Shown: positions 1-10,542, counted from the stretch's first letter. The stretch: DNA of 64,000 nucleotides from Limisphaerales bacterium (GCA_024761205.1 JAMASS010000024.1:12079-76078), one strand, 5' to 3'. Notes: generated by a model from the letters alone, not told the origin. Numbers and translations: made by a program.

Positions 1-297
1 TACGATCAAAAGCTGAAGAGAACGTTCTTTCTATAATGATGTCTGAGAGAAATGATCCCAGATTCTTCGAGTCAATGAAGGAGTGGAATCGCATAAAAAA
101 CCGCTACCATCCTCCTCAGCATTAACCGCCTCATTCCCCCTGCCCAACGCCGCCGAGCAGGCGTGCCTTCTTTCAAACCAGCCCAATTCATCTTCGACAG
201 CAAACCTTTGGCAAAATCGCCGACTTGCTAGCTCCTAGCCGCCACACCGATTCCCTGCCATACTCCGAAAGAACCAGACTAGAACCCGAGCAAACCG

Positions 298-594
298 ATG
301 AACCCGAATCTAGACAACTGCCACATGTGCGACCAATCCGTCGCATACAGCGCAACGACCTGCCCGCATTGCGGAGCAGAAGGAGAACGCCATTACTTTC
401 GGCCATCCTTCAAGGAGGCTTTTGACCTTTCTTGTCCCTATTACTACGATATACCGATTGGCAAACATGCTCGCGTAGAAGCGCAGCGTTACATGGATGA
501 AAAAAACACACCCAAACCTCACGGGGTCATTTTAGGTCTTATCATCTTTATTCTTATAATCATCGGTCTCATTGACATCGTAAAGAACCTATAG
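298..594 (+). CDS. small zinc-ribbon protein with C-terminal transmembrane helix (hypothetical)
   Basis: 98-aa ORF. It has CxxC...CxxC ('CHMCDQ...CPHCG') and a hydrophobic tail 'GVILGLIIFILIIIGLIDIV'. No family recognised. Confidence 0.45.
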   Translation: MNPNLDNCHMCDQSVAYSATTCPHCGAEGERHYFRPSFKEAFDLSCPYYYDIPIGKHARVEAQRYMDEKNTPKPHGVILGLIIFILIIIGLIDIVKNL

Positions 595-708
595 TCATTC
601 CGCGCTCATCCGTGAAAAATTTCTCTTGCCCTATTTATGCTTTCTGTACCTCAAATCCTTATTCTCAACTCTTTGCATTCCCTGTTCAAATTATAATTCT
701 TCATTGAC

Positions 709-1353
709 ATGCCTCGCCCGCTCGCGGATTGCCGCCTCTATACTTTTATCGACACAGCGTATCTCGACGGACGCTCACCGGTCGGAGTCACTCGACAGCT
801 TTGCGACGGCGGCAGCGACCTGATCCAACTCAGAGCCAAGAACCTACCCAAGGCGGAAGTCCGGGCCATCGTTGAATCCATGGCACCGGTCACGGAAGAC
901 GCCGGCGTGCATCTAATCATTAACGATTATCCGGACATTGCCCAATCACTGCCCTCGCCTTTCGTTCATCTCGGACAGGAGGACTTCTTTGAACACGGCT
1001 ATTCCCAAGCATCCGACCTTTTTCCCGACTCTCCTCGTCCAATGATTGGGCTCAGTACCCATGAGCCAAGCCAATGCCAACGAGCGATCGAAGCGGGTGC
1101 GGACTATGTGGCAATCGGCCCCGTATATGCCACCGGCACAAAGCCAACTGCGAAGCCTGCCACCCTAAACTATGTCCGTTGGGCAGCGGCACACGTCAAC
1201 ATTCCCTGGTTCGCAATCGGTGGCATTAACCTCGAGACACTATCGGAAGTTCTATCTGCAGGCGCCCGGCGCATCTGCATTGTTTCCGCCATCCTTCAAC
1301 ACGAACACCCAGACAAGGCTTGTCAATCGATTCGCCAATTACTACCGTCCTGA
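709..1353 (+). CDS. thiE: thiamine-phosphate synthase
   Basis: 214 aa with typical ThiE motifs: 'IQLRAK', 'HLGQEDF', 'GLSTH', 'GADYVAIGPVYATGTK', 'FAIGGI'. TGA stop. Confidence 0.9.
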   Translation: MPRPLADCRLYTFIDTAYLDGRSPVGVTRQLCDGGSDLIQLRAKNLPKAEVRAIVESMAPVTEDAGVHLIINDYPDIAQSLPSPFVHLGQEDFFEHGYSQASDLFPDSPRPMIGLSTHEPSQCQRAIEAGADYVAIGPVYATGTKPTAKPATLNYVRWAAAHVNIPWFAIGGINLETLSEVLSAGARRICIVSAILQHEHPDKACQSIRQLLPS

Positions 1354-1407
1354 CCCCGAATCCGTTTGATTTCTAATCACTGCGAAGCAATTCGAACTAA
1401 GACACCT

Positions 1408-2310
1408 ATGAGCGTACTCGTCATCGGCACCATCGCCCTGGACTCGATCAAAACTCCCTACAGCGAAAACCCGAGACTCCTCGGAGGATCCGCCAGCCAT
1501 GCGGCCGTCGCCGCCAGTTTCTTCTCCTCGGTCAGCTTGGTAGGTGTCGTCGGCAGCGACTTTCCGGAAAATTACCTTGAGCTTTACAACAAACACAGCA
1601 TTGACATCCGAGGCTTGGAACGCAAAGAGGGCCAGACGTTCTTCTGGGCAGGCGAATACGAAGTCAATATGAACAACCGCCAGACTCTCGAAACCATCCT
1701 CGGAGTCATTGAGAACTGGTTGCCTGACATCCCCGACGAGCTCAAAGAGAAGCCCTATGTACTGCTGGCGAACTGTGAGCCCAAACTCCAACGTCACATC
1801 CTGCAACAGGTCAGCAACAGCAAGTCACTCGTGGTCGCCGACACCATGGACCTGTGGCTCAACATCGCTCGAGACGAGCTGCTCGCACTTCTCAAAGAGA
1901 TCGATTGCCTGGTCCTCAACGATTCCGAAGCCCGCCAACTCACCAAGGAAAACAACGCGGTAGTGGCAGCAAAACATATCCACGAGCTGGGACCGAAGTA
2001 TGTCATCGTCAAAAAAGGCGAACATGGTGCGATTCTCTCCGCCCCGAAGGGACTGTTCATCGCTCCGGCATTCCCCCTTTCCAAACTCACAGATCCAACC
2101 GGTGCCGGCGATTCCTTTGTCGGCGGGTTGATCGGTTATCTTGCGGCCGCCGGAGGCGACATCGAAGACCACTTTCGCAAAGCCGTCATTCACGGCAGTG
2201 TGACAGCTTCCTTCTGCTGCGAAGGCTTTGGACTCAGCGCCACCACCGACACCACCCGAGAAGCCATTGACGCCCGAGTGGCGAAACTAGAAACATTGGT
2301 TAAATTCTGA
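1408..2310 (+). CDS. PfkB/ribokinase-family carbohydrate kinase
   Basis: N-terminus 'MSVLVIGTIALD' and the C-terminal PfkB signature 'DPTGAGDSFVGG'. The ORF opens at a TTG at 1366; the ATG at 1408 is the preferred start. Confidence 0.85.
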   Translation: MSVLVIGTIALDSIKTPYSENPRLLGGSASHAAVAASFFSSVSLVGVVGSDFPENYLELYNKHSIDIRGLERKEGQTFFWAGEYEVNMNNRQTLETILGVIENWLPDIPDELKEKPYVLLANCEPKLQRHILQQVSNSKSLVVADTMDLWLNIARDELLALLKEIDCLVLNDSEARQLTKENNAVVAAKHIHELGPKYVIVKKGEHGAILSAPKGLFIAPAFPLSKLTDPTGAGDSFVGGLIGYLAAAGGDIEDHFRKAVIHGSVTASFCCEGFGLSATTDTTREAIDARVAKLETLVKF

Positions 2311-2392
2311 TCGGCGTTTTTATGTTTAGATACTCAAACAAGCATTGCCAAATCCGAAGCCGATGCCCTAAAATCTCCATTTCCGTTCCATT

Positions 2393-2466
2393 GCGGGTGT
2401 AGTTCAATGGTAGAACGGCAGCTTCCCAAGCTGCATACGAGGGTTCGATTCCCTTCACCCGCTCCA
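2393..2466 (+). tRNA. tRNA-Gly (anticodon CCC)
   Basis: Hand-folded 74-nt cloverleaf. Acceptor GCGGGTG/CACCCGC, D arm GTTC..GAAC, anticodon stem GCAGC/GCTGC with loop TTCCCAA, T arm GAGGG-TTCGATT-CCCTT, encoded CCA. Confidence 0.9.
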
Positions 2467-2624
2467 CTTTTTGCCAGCGGCGAAGAGGTGGGCATCTGAC
2501 TCTCTTCAAGCAGGATAGGAAACAAGGCGTTCAGTTCATCAGGCGCGGAATGAGCCTTGAGTTCATCGATGCCCAACGTGTCAAAGTGGATACCGACACG
2601 AAATCCCCCCACCTTTTTGCCAGC
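2464..2624 (+). repeat. short direct repeat of the tRNA 3' end (2464-2478 and 2609-2624)
   Basis: 'ccactttttgccagc' overlaps the tRNA CCA end and recurs as 'ccacctttttgccagc' about 145 bp downstream. This looks att-like, but it is only 15-16 bp. Confidence 0.35.
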
Positions 2625-2719
2625 TGACCACACTAAGATGGAAACCTGCGACTAGGATAGCGACAGCGTCTGGGATTCAGTCTACGGCTGCAATCGCGTG
2701 AACGCTGCCGGAGCACTTC

Positions 2720-3226
2720 GTGGCGACGCTCTATCTGTTGAAAAACGTTGGGACCAATGAGGAACCAGCATTCGAGAAACCGAAGAACATCCGATCTCAA
2801 GGCGAGATTCTTAATCTAGGTCTCCACCCCTGGGCTCCGGCCGTGGCCGACATTGATGCAGACGGCCAAGAGGAGTTCATCATTGGCAATGAAGACGGAC
2901 GGCTCACAATCTATCAGCGGGAAGATCTCGACATCGCTATCCAAAGACCAGCGAGCGCACCGATCAAGAGGGAACGACTAACAACCGAAGCAGAAAGATC
3001 GGGCAAGCAGGAGTGGCGTCCTATGTTAAAATACCTTGCCGACATGCCATCGGCGGGGGCTCACCCTGCACGTCACCTTTTCCTATTCCCGGGAGAAGAT
3101 CGGCCTAAGATACCACGCCCTCCCCCCTTCGGTCACTGGGATATCACTTATTGCATCATCGATGTCCTCCCCACGCTACGGAATCATGCCAAGCATCAGC
3201 CCCCCAATAACCTCGCTAATCAGTAG
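2720..3226 (+). pseudogene. FG-GAP/VCBS-repeat protein fragment
   Basis: 'LYLLKNVGTNEEPAFEKP...WAPAVADIDADGQEEFIIGNEDGRLTIYQ' is a single FG-GAP-type repeat. There is no plausible N-terminus, and the remainder of the ORF is low complexity. Confidence 0.4.
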
Positions 3227-3229
3227 CCG

Positions 3230-3700
3230 GACGGTCCGATCCCATTTATCTCGATCGAGCGCCCGCAAGGACAATCACCAAAGCGCCGCTCGTTCGATTC
3301 AGTCGCCCATCCTCCGACCTGGGTGGATACAACCTACTATGTCTTTTCGATGCTCGACCTCGCCTCAGAGTGGGCTACACGCCTCAATCAAGATGCGGAA
3401 CCGACACATTACCGAGCGAAAGCGGAACAACTTCAAGCGATTCATCCAGGATCGCCATTTTGATAACCGGTCAAGGTGCTTCTATGATCTTGTCGGCATC
3501 TGGCATCACTCGGAACTCGGCTGGGTGCACTGTGAGCTGTCCACAACAACGGTATCGATCACTCAAAGCCCTTTATTCATACGAAAAAGACGGTGCTCGA
3601 CGACTCCCTCATCTCTCGCCGATCTATTCTGCCACATTCACGCGTTCGGCAACAACTTCACCCATTGCAACCAAGTGAGTGAGGAAGGAATTGTGTCGCA
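3230..3700 (+). pseudogene. glycoside-hydrolase-like remnant ((alpha/alpha)6 type, GH63/trehalase-like)
   Basis: 'WVDTTYYVFSMLDLASEWATRLNQDAEPTHYRAKAEQLQAI' sits in one frame and '..DRHFDNRSRCFYDL' in another. This resembles the '...A..L...I...WDe..g.fyD' region of such hydrolases. Frameshifted. Confidence 0.3.
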
Positions 3701-3959
3701 TTTCCAGGAATATCGCGCGGCGATTAAGACGGACGTACCGACCCAACATTCGGAGCACCGGGGATTCCGCCGTTAGCTTCAAACTAAAGCCCTCCGCAGG
3801 ATGGCCTTGGTTTGGTCCAGAGCGGCGGCTTCGGTGATATTCATTGCGAGCAAAGCCTTTCCCATGCTGAGGCGGACGGCGATGACTATCATCTCACCCA
3901 GCTTGCAAGCCGGGCGTCACTTTATCGAGATACGGGAAGCCCAAAAACAGCCTGGTGAA

Positions 3960-4830
3960 AGCCCCCTTGATGGGCATCATGCTAGGATTCCATCTCACCA
4001 CCGGCCCTTGAGTCACTTGTGAGGGCGTGACCAAATCCATCGGGCACTCCGCATCACAGAGCGCGCGATGCCGGAGATCGTCAAGGACTGCTGATCCTCC
4101 TTTACACCGCTCGATGCAGCAACCCATGCTTTCGTGAGAGCGACAACCTCCCGAGGAATAGGGAGAGGTGTTCAATGGTGCCGCTCCATCCGTGCTGGCG
4201 GATGATGTTGATGACGCCGACGGGATGGACGAAACGAAGGATCCGTTGGCGCCGGCGCTCGGCGTCGTCCCAGCCAGTCCATTAAGATCGACGACTCGAG
4301 GCCTCGCGACGCTCTGCCTATGGTCGAAGGAGGGGTGGCCCAGCCGGCGGATTACCGCCCGCCGGCGGCAATTGGACTGTCGTGAGCGAACTAGTTGCCC
4401 CGGCCCCCGGCCAATGCGGTCCAAAACCGCGCCGGCAAGAGGACGCTGGAGGGGAGATCAAACGCCGCTTGCCGCTCGCTCGTTCGCCAGCGGATCTCGT
4501 CAAGGGTGATGGATGCCAGGTTGGGCAATCTTCGCTCGCTCTTGAAATGAGACAAGCGGCTCGCCAACCCTCCCCTAGACTTGCCGATGGGGACGACCCT
4601 CGCTTGGGCGAGCCGCCAAGCTGAGCCCACCAATCGGTGTTGGCTCAATCATGTTAAAGTAGCTGATGCGAATCCCGTACTACCGCTCCCATAAGACATC
4701 ACCTTTCGGATCCAACTTAACCACTCATGGATGCAGTTACCGGCTCGCAATAAAGCCACCATCCAGTTCAAGCAACGGTGGCTCCGAATCCGGTAGATTG
4801 GCAAAGTTCTGAATGCCTTCGCAGTCAAGG
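3960..4830 (-). mobile_element. IS5-family (IS427/IS1031-like) transposase remnant, multiply frameshifted
   Basis: Minus-strand pieces lie in different frames: 'LPDSEPPLLEL' and 'LLRAGNCIHEWL' (DUF4096-like N-terminus), 'PIGKSRGGLASR' (the GRSRGGxxTK motif) and 'CIERCKGG..LRHRALCDAE' (IERxFxxLKxxRRIATRYDK-like). Element boundaries are approximate. Confidence 0.45.
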
Positions 4831-5400
4831 CTGATCGTTGTCCTGCCAACAGGTAGATTGACGTATTGTTGCCGCCATTTGTTCGCCCCACCCCACATCC
4901 ACTTTGACACACAAGACATCAAGGCAACCATCAAATATAAAGATTCTTCCCAACCCGGAAAAATCATCGCTCGACCCCACCAAGAAATAAAATACTCTCC
5001 GTTGGCCAGTCGGGTCGTATCCCAAAAGCCTTCCCGGTTCTCATAGTCGTAAAGGCGTTCCCATTCAATCGCTCCCCCCTCACTGATATTCACCGTCCAA
5101 ATGCCCACACTCACACCGACGAGCGATTGCTTGGTGCCGCTAGTCTCCGAGGTGGAAGCCCCACCCAATAACAATAGGAATCGGCCACGATGATTTGCAG
5201 CCGATTATCATCCTCGCCGCCGCAAATCGCTTCCCAAAGCTTGATCACCCCCGACATCCGTTCAGACCATCCAATAATCGAAGTCATCGTAGTCAACCGA
5301 CGGTGCCATCAGTGAAAATTCAAACTGTCCAATTTATAAATTCGCGCAATCGAGTCACGCACATCGTTCTTCTTTCCGTTCATGGGTATTAGAGCCTGTG
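4800..5400 (-). pseudogene. unknown-function gene remnant, apparently truncated by the IS5 remnant
   Basis: Protein-like translation 'GIWTVNISEGGAIEWERLYDYENREGFWDTTRLANGEYFISWWG...'. It continues upstream only after frame changes (ORFs 5111..5296 and 5309..5545). Confidence 0.3.
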
Positions 5401-5477
5401 CAAAATCAGGCGAAGCCATTCCCTTCCGGGTTAGCCCATCCATATCCCAGAGCCTACAAGGCAGGGCGCTCGTCATC

Positions 5478-5905
5478 CTACAACCGGATGTACCACCCAT
5501 ACCGCCTCCACCCGCAGAAACTGCTCTTCCAAATGGCGATAGCAATTCTTCCCGTAGGATCGAATCGCTGAAAGGTAACGCTCAACAATCCACTGCATCC
5601 CTGGTCATCCCGGCAACTCAAGCGCCTGATGCACGCGCTCCAGCTCAGCCGCCGGTTCCTTTTCAAGCGCTTCAAAGCGCACTTCACAAAATTGATTTGG
5701 CGGCAACACAGCCGTGTTACGATACAATCGATCCAATATTCGCGGATACATCTCCTTGCGCCCGACATCGAGCCGCTCAACCTTTTGCATCGCGAGATCA
5801 GGCATCATCTTCGAAAAATAGTGCACCGAAGAGGCGAATACATCATAAGGATTCCGATGAATGTGAATAAACTTGGCGTCCGGTCAGATTTTTCAAATGC
5901 AATGA
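5478..5905 (-). pseudogene. sulfotransferase remnant (N-terminal PAPS-binding part missing, frameshifted)
   Basis: Verified translation: 'DAKFIHIHRNPYDVFASSVHYFSKMMP...NQFCEVRFEALEKEPAAELERVHQALELPG'. This is a typical sulfotransferase C-terminal half. No 5' P-loop region is present. Confidence 0.55.
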
Positions 5906-5924
5906 CAAGTTAGGGGCATGGAGA

Positions 5925-6147
5925 GCCTTCGGCGGGGAGGGAAAGTTGCGTCTGTCTGGAACCGCAGCCAGCGGGCGCGTCCGGTAGCTCGAAGCAGCGC
6001 CCCTCCAATATGTCCGGCACGCTCAGGAGTTGCAGGCGGGGGCAGCGTTTGCCATTGGCTTTCATCTCTCCGACCGTCGCCATCTCGCGGCTGAAGGTGG
6101 TTGCCTGCTGCAGCTTCAGTTTGTGCATGAGGATCAGGCCGACCATG
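5925..6147 (-). repeat. copy 1 of a ~225-bp dispersed repeat (partner at 32181..32414)
   Basis: By eye, roughly four-fifths of positions are identical to the partner. The translation '..LILMHKLKLQQATTFSREMATVGEMKANGKRCPRLQLLSVPDILEGRCFELP' resembles the Mrr-like C-terminal tail of some DNA methyltransferases ('..RLQILTIEELLEG...P'). Confidence 0.4.
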
Positions 6148-6149
6148 TC

Positions 6150-7125
6150 GGCGTAGTAGAGCTGATTGATCCGGCTCACGCGAGCGCCCTCCGCATCAAG
6201 CAAGCAAAGGTGATCCCCTTTCGATGGTTGTATCTCTAAGACCGCCTCAGCGATGAAAAGCAGCATCCGACGTTTGCTGTAGTGGTGGTGCGAGCCGTGC
6301 CCGTTTTATCAAGGGCTTAGCCTTCAATCGTGTTGACGAGCCCTTCCGCATAAGCGAGGGCATGATTGATAACGGCGCGCCGAAAACCAGAGCGGGGCGA
6401 TAGGCTCGGTTATTCATTGGTAATCGGAAGGGTGCCCTACTTTTCAACAGCCCCTTGCCGGACAAGGACTCGGCAACGCGGGGCGACAACCCCTTCCGCC
6501 CCGTTCTACAGCAGCAATGACCGGAGTTTTACGGATGCCTCGGCCTCGTCTCGGAGGGGGGGAAGGGGTATTAGTAGCAGAACTCTTGGGGCTGCTCCCT
6601 TTGCGCGGTTTGCCGCCCACGTAAGTTTCGTCGGTCTCGGCGATGCCTTGCAAGACGGGCGCTGCTTCCCCCGACCTGGAAGCCCGAATGCGCCGTTGCA
6701 AGCGCAGGGCGGCAGGCTGCGTCAGCCCGAGGTCGCGGGCCAATTGGTGGCTAGACAAGCTCTTCTTGGCGTTGATCGGGGTGCCCATAGCCATGAACCA
6801 TTTCTGGAGCGGGACCCTGGTTTTCTTGAAAAGGGTTCCCGCCAAGACGTTAAAACCGGACTTGCAGACATGGCAGGGCCAGCGTCCAATACGGAGATTG
6901 TCGGCTTTTCTGGCCACCTTGCCACTAGCGCAATGGGGACAGCGGGGGTTCATCACCCCAGCGCACCCGCTCCCAATGCGCAAGGCAGGCTTCCTGATCC
7001 GGAAAGCGTTGGAATATGGCCAACAGATTCACAAGCGCGCCCTCATCCGCGCGCCCGAGGTGAAGCATCGCCCACTGCCAGCCATGCTTCTGACTTATCA
7101 TTGCGCAGACTTTTTGAGACGCCAC
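6150..7125 (-). mobile_element. IS1595-family (ISXO2-like) transposase remnant, frameshifted with an internal stop
   Basis: 'FPDQEACLAHWERVRWGDEP', zinc ribbon 'CPHCASGK..CHVCKSGF', 'ETDETYVGGKPRKG...KTPVIAAVERGG', then 'FRRAVINHALAYAEGLVNTIEG*' in another frame. Confidence 0.6.
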
Positions 7126-7289
7126 TAGCGTGCCGGCAATTTTGCGCCTTGAGATCGAACGCCGAATACTGGTTCAGGATTCTCTAGGAATGGTCGTGTC
7201 AACGCATTGAGCGAGCCCTGAGCTTGAGGGATTCCATTTTTGAAGGGCGCAGTCGGAGACACGCTAAAGCGTGAGATCCAAGGGGGCTT

Positions 7290-8040
7290 AGCTAGTGACA
7301 TTGATGGTTGGGTGCGTTAGCGAATGTGGCACGATTACTGACAATAGCGACAAACTTGCCCCCCTTTGGACCGTGATCGGCACAGGGATGGTCTTGGTTT
7401 GACTGGAGTTGTTCGGTTCCGGGGACCGCTGATTGTGTGGGGATGAGGATCGCCTTGAGTTTTCAGGATTTTCGGTCGGTAAGCAAGGGACTGCGTCCAG
7501 TATCTCTGGGGGGGGAGTGCAGTTTTTGATCATGCCACTTTTGGGGTGGGCGATCGGTAGAGGACTGAATTTTTCTCCTGACTTCGCTGTTGGTCTGATT
7601 TTGGTTTCCTGTTATCCGGGGGGAACCTCTTTAAACGGCATGACCTGTCTGGCTCACGCGAATCTGCCACTTTCGGTTTTGATGATGATGTGATTGACCT
7701 TTGCTGTGGTCATGATGACGCCGCTGCTGACAAAGGCCTTGGCAGATGAGATTTTGAAGGGCGGGTGCTGCTGCTGTTGTTGGTGGTGACCCTAATGCAT
7801 GGGTTAGTCTTTGTGCTGGGATATTTTTCGGCGAGGCTTTTCCGCTATGAGGAAGCGATCCGATGAACGGTTTTTATTGAAGTCGACATGCAGAACTCGG
7901 GTTTGGGTTCAGTGCTTGTGACCAGACACTTCAATCTTTCGACTGTGACGCTCTGTGCCATCTCGTCCGTGATGCATTGCATTCTTAGCCGGATATTGAC
8001 GGTGACAATCGACGCATGGCCAGGAGCGGTTCGTCCCAGA
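7290..8040 (+). pseudogene. bile acid:Na+ symporter (BASS) family transporter remnant
   Basis: 'QFLIMPLLGWAIGRGLNFSPDFAVGLILVSCYPGGTSLNGMTCLAHANLPLSV' and 'VDMQNSGLGSVLVTRHF' lie in different frames. The middle of the protein is missing or garbled. Confidence 0.55.
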
Positions 8041-8342
8041 GACAGGCGATGTTTTTGTCTCATCCAGTTCGGAGTAAACCACGGCACCGGCAGTTCCAAA
8101 ACGTGGTATGGACCATACTATAAGTCATATTACGAGATCGATTCCAGGCTCCTTAGAAAGATGGTACTGATGTGGCTACATGGATCGCAAGAACTGCGCA
8201 CAGAGCGGATCGGAACTCGTGATTGATGGCGCGTCTGAAGCCTCGGTAGACTTTGTAGTTCTTGAGGGGGTGCGGCTGAAAAGAGTTCCAACGCACCATT
8301 GACTCGCGAGTCCTCCCACAAGGCGAGTGGTCTTGGCAGCGA

Positions 8343-9180
8343 TCATGAGCTTGAAGATGGTTTTGACGAGCAAGGCAATCGTGCTGTAGCGCAAGATTGC
8401 CTTCCGGCGATTGATGCCAGTTTTGGGAGTACTATCCATAGGGGGCGGGCAGGACAGTCAGCCCGTTGAGCAATCCAGGGTTCCATTCTGGCCATCCATT
8501 CCGGCGGGTTGCGTCGAAGTTGCTGATAGCAGATATCTGAGTTGATTTGTGATCGCGTTGGTTCGGCGGTTTTTGGTCGGCAGAATTGGCATTTTTCGAT
8601 GCAAGTTTGAGGCAACCTGTGAAATGCTAGGCCAAAGAAGCCTAGGCTCAGAACGACAGGTGACTGAATCGATGCGACGAATAAGGCGTTCGAGTTGATG
8701 AGAGGGAAATCCGAAGCTAGGAGAAATCCCTGGATCATTCCCGGCATGAGGTAAAGAGAAGAGATTGGGAATAATGGAGACAATGAGCGAGGAGGAGGTT
8801 CAGGGAAAGTGATTCGCTTGTCAGAGTGCCGATGATGAAAGCGGTCGTTGCAGCGGCCAGCACGGGGAATGCGCCGGTGAGGATTTGGAAGCCGCATTGG
8901 TATGGGAGAAGATCTTTCCCAGGAGAATCTTCAGAGGGCCAACATCGGTCAAGAGGAGCAGTTCCGAGCATGCGGGTGGATTTTTTTTCGCGAAGCAAGA
9001 GATTGGCCAACAATGAGCCCGAAAGGCAACAAAATACCATGGTGACACTGCTGACAGTCAAGAAAATCCAGCGTCCGGTGGTGGATGCCGTCGAGAAAGC
9101 CGTCGCCAAAGAAAAGGCCAGAGCCGCAAACAGCCGGGAGGCTACTGCGGCCACGATCCGAATCCCATGCGGTCATCATC
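8343..9180 (-). pseudogene. membrane-protein remnant (possibly MotA/TolQ/ExbB-like)
   Basis: Overlapping minus-strand ORFs carry hydrophobic segments ('ILTGAFPVLAAATTAFIIGTL'). No continuous frame exists and the family call is weak. Confidence 0.2.
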
Positions 9181-9429
9181 TGCGCTTCAGCACGTGGCTC
9201 AGCCTATGCTCAATAATGGGAGGATGACCATGAGTCTGTAGCAATGACCTGTTCAGACGATTTTCGCTATATGGGACAAAAGATTTTCACGAATGGGTAA
9301 AAGTGGCGTGCCCGGTGTTTGGTGAAAAATTGTTTTCCTGATTTGCCAAGCTGGCGTGGAGTTCGCCATACTGCCGGTTCCCGCGATTGAATCAATCGAT
9401 GAGGTTCTGCAATCGGATAGTTTTTGTAG

Positions 9430-10542
9430 ATGCAGGCAGTTGGCGTATATCCCTCCAAGAAGGCAGTGGGGATTCTGGAACATTTAAGGCCGGAGATCCA
9501 GCATGATGACGTCGTCAAGGTACGAAGTCTTGAGGTTGGCATTTGTGGCACGGATCGCGAGATCTGCACTTTCGTGTATGGCGAACCTCCGGAGGGATCG
9601 GAGTATTTGATTTTGGGGCATGAATCATTGGGTGAAGTGGGTGAAGTGGGTTCGGCCGTTCAGAACATAAAGGTGGGCGATTTGGTCGTTCCGTCGGTGC
9701 GGCGTCCCTGTGATTTTGAGACGTGTCAACCGTGCCAGGCGGGTTTCCAGGATTTCTGTGCAACGGGCGAATTTGTCGAACGCGGAATCAAGGCCAGGCA
9801 TGGCTTTATGACCGAGGAATATGCGGAGCACGAGCAATTTCTCTACGTCGCTCCCCAGCATTTGCGGGATATTGCTGTGCTTGTTGAGCCGTTGACGATT
9901 GCTGAAAAGGCTCTGGCGCACGTTTGGCAGATGCAGTTGCGACTTCCCTGGATCAAGGAAGGGCTTGGGGACGTGCCGAAGGGGACCGGTCTAAAGGCGG
10001 TTGTTCTCGGGGCGGGGTCAATAGGCATTCTCGGGGCGATGAAGCTGGTCAGCGAGGGATTCGAGACTTACGTCTATTCGCGCTCGAAGAAACCGAACCC
10101 CAAGGCGGAATTGGTTGAGGCTGTCGGCATCAAGTATATTTCAAACTTGGAATACTCCGTCGAAGAGTTCGCTGAGATGGTTGGTAACATCGATTTAGTG
10201 TATGAGGCAGTGGGCGTCTCCCGAGTTGCGTATGATGTGTTGAGAGTGCTGGGTGACAATGGCATCTTTGTCTTCACGGGGATTCCCGTGCCAAATCCAC
10301 CAATCGAAATCGACGCCGATCTTATCATGCGTAATGTCGTGCTCAAAAACCAACTGATTGTCGGAACGGTCAATGCCGATAGCGCTGCGTTTGAGGCTGC
10401 GCTGGCTGATTTGGATGTGTTCTTGGATCGCTGGCCGGATGCCATTCGGTCGGTGATTACCGGCCGATTTGGGATAGAAGATTGTCACGAGCTGCTATTG
10501 GGTAAAGCGCAGGGCATCAAGAATGTGATCCAGTTTTCCTAG
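9430..10542 (+). CDS. zinc-dependent MDR dehydrogenase (glucose/threonine dehydrogenase-like)
   Basis: 370 aa. It has 'VGICGTDREI', 'GHESLGEVGEVGSAV' and the Rossmann motif 'VLGAGSIGILG'. Confidence 0.85.
   Translation: MQAVGVYPSKKAVGILEHLRPEIQHDDVVKVRSLEVGICGTDREICTFVYGEPPEGSEYLILGHESLGEVGEVGSAVQNIKVGDLVVPSVRRPCDFETCQPCQAGFQDFCATGEFVERGIKARHGFMTEEYAEHEQFLYVAPQHLRDIAVLVEPLTIAEKALAHVWQMQLRLPWIKEGLGDVPKGTGLKAVVLGAGSIGILGAMKLVSEGFETYVYSRSKKPNPKAELVEAVGIKYISNLEYSVEEFAEMVGNIDLVYEAVGVSRVAYDVLRVLGDNGIFVFTGIPVPNPPIEIDADLIMRNVVLKNQLIVGTVNADSAAFEAALADLDVFLDRWPDAIRSVITGRFGIEDCHELLLGKAQGIKNVIQFS

Noticed and set aside
595-708. Looked for a TPP riboswitch upstream of thiE.
   Set aside because: The 114-nt leader is AT-rich and lacks the conserved 'CUGAGA' and pyrimidine-sensor elements. 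No convincing fold was found.
6366-7187. A 273-aa plus-strand ORF, plus 6643..7128.
   Set aside because: Its composition is Arg/Ser/Pro/Gly-rich and low complexity. It lies antisense to clear IS1595 transposase motifs on the minus strand, so it is a shadow ORF.
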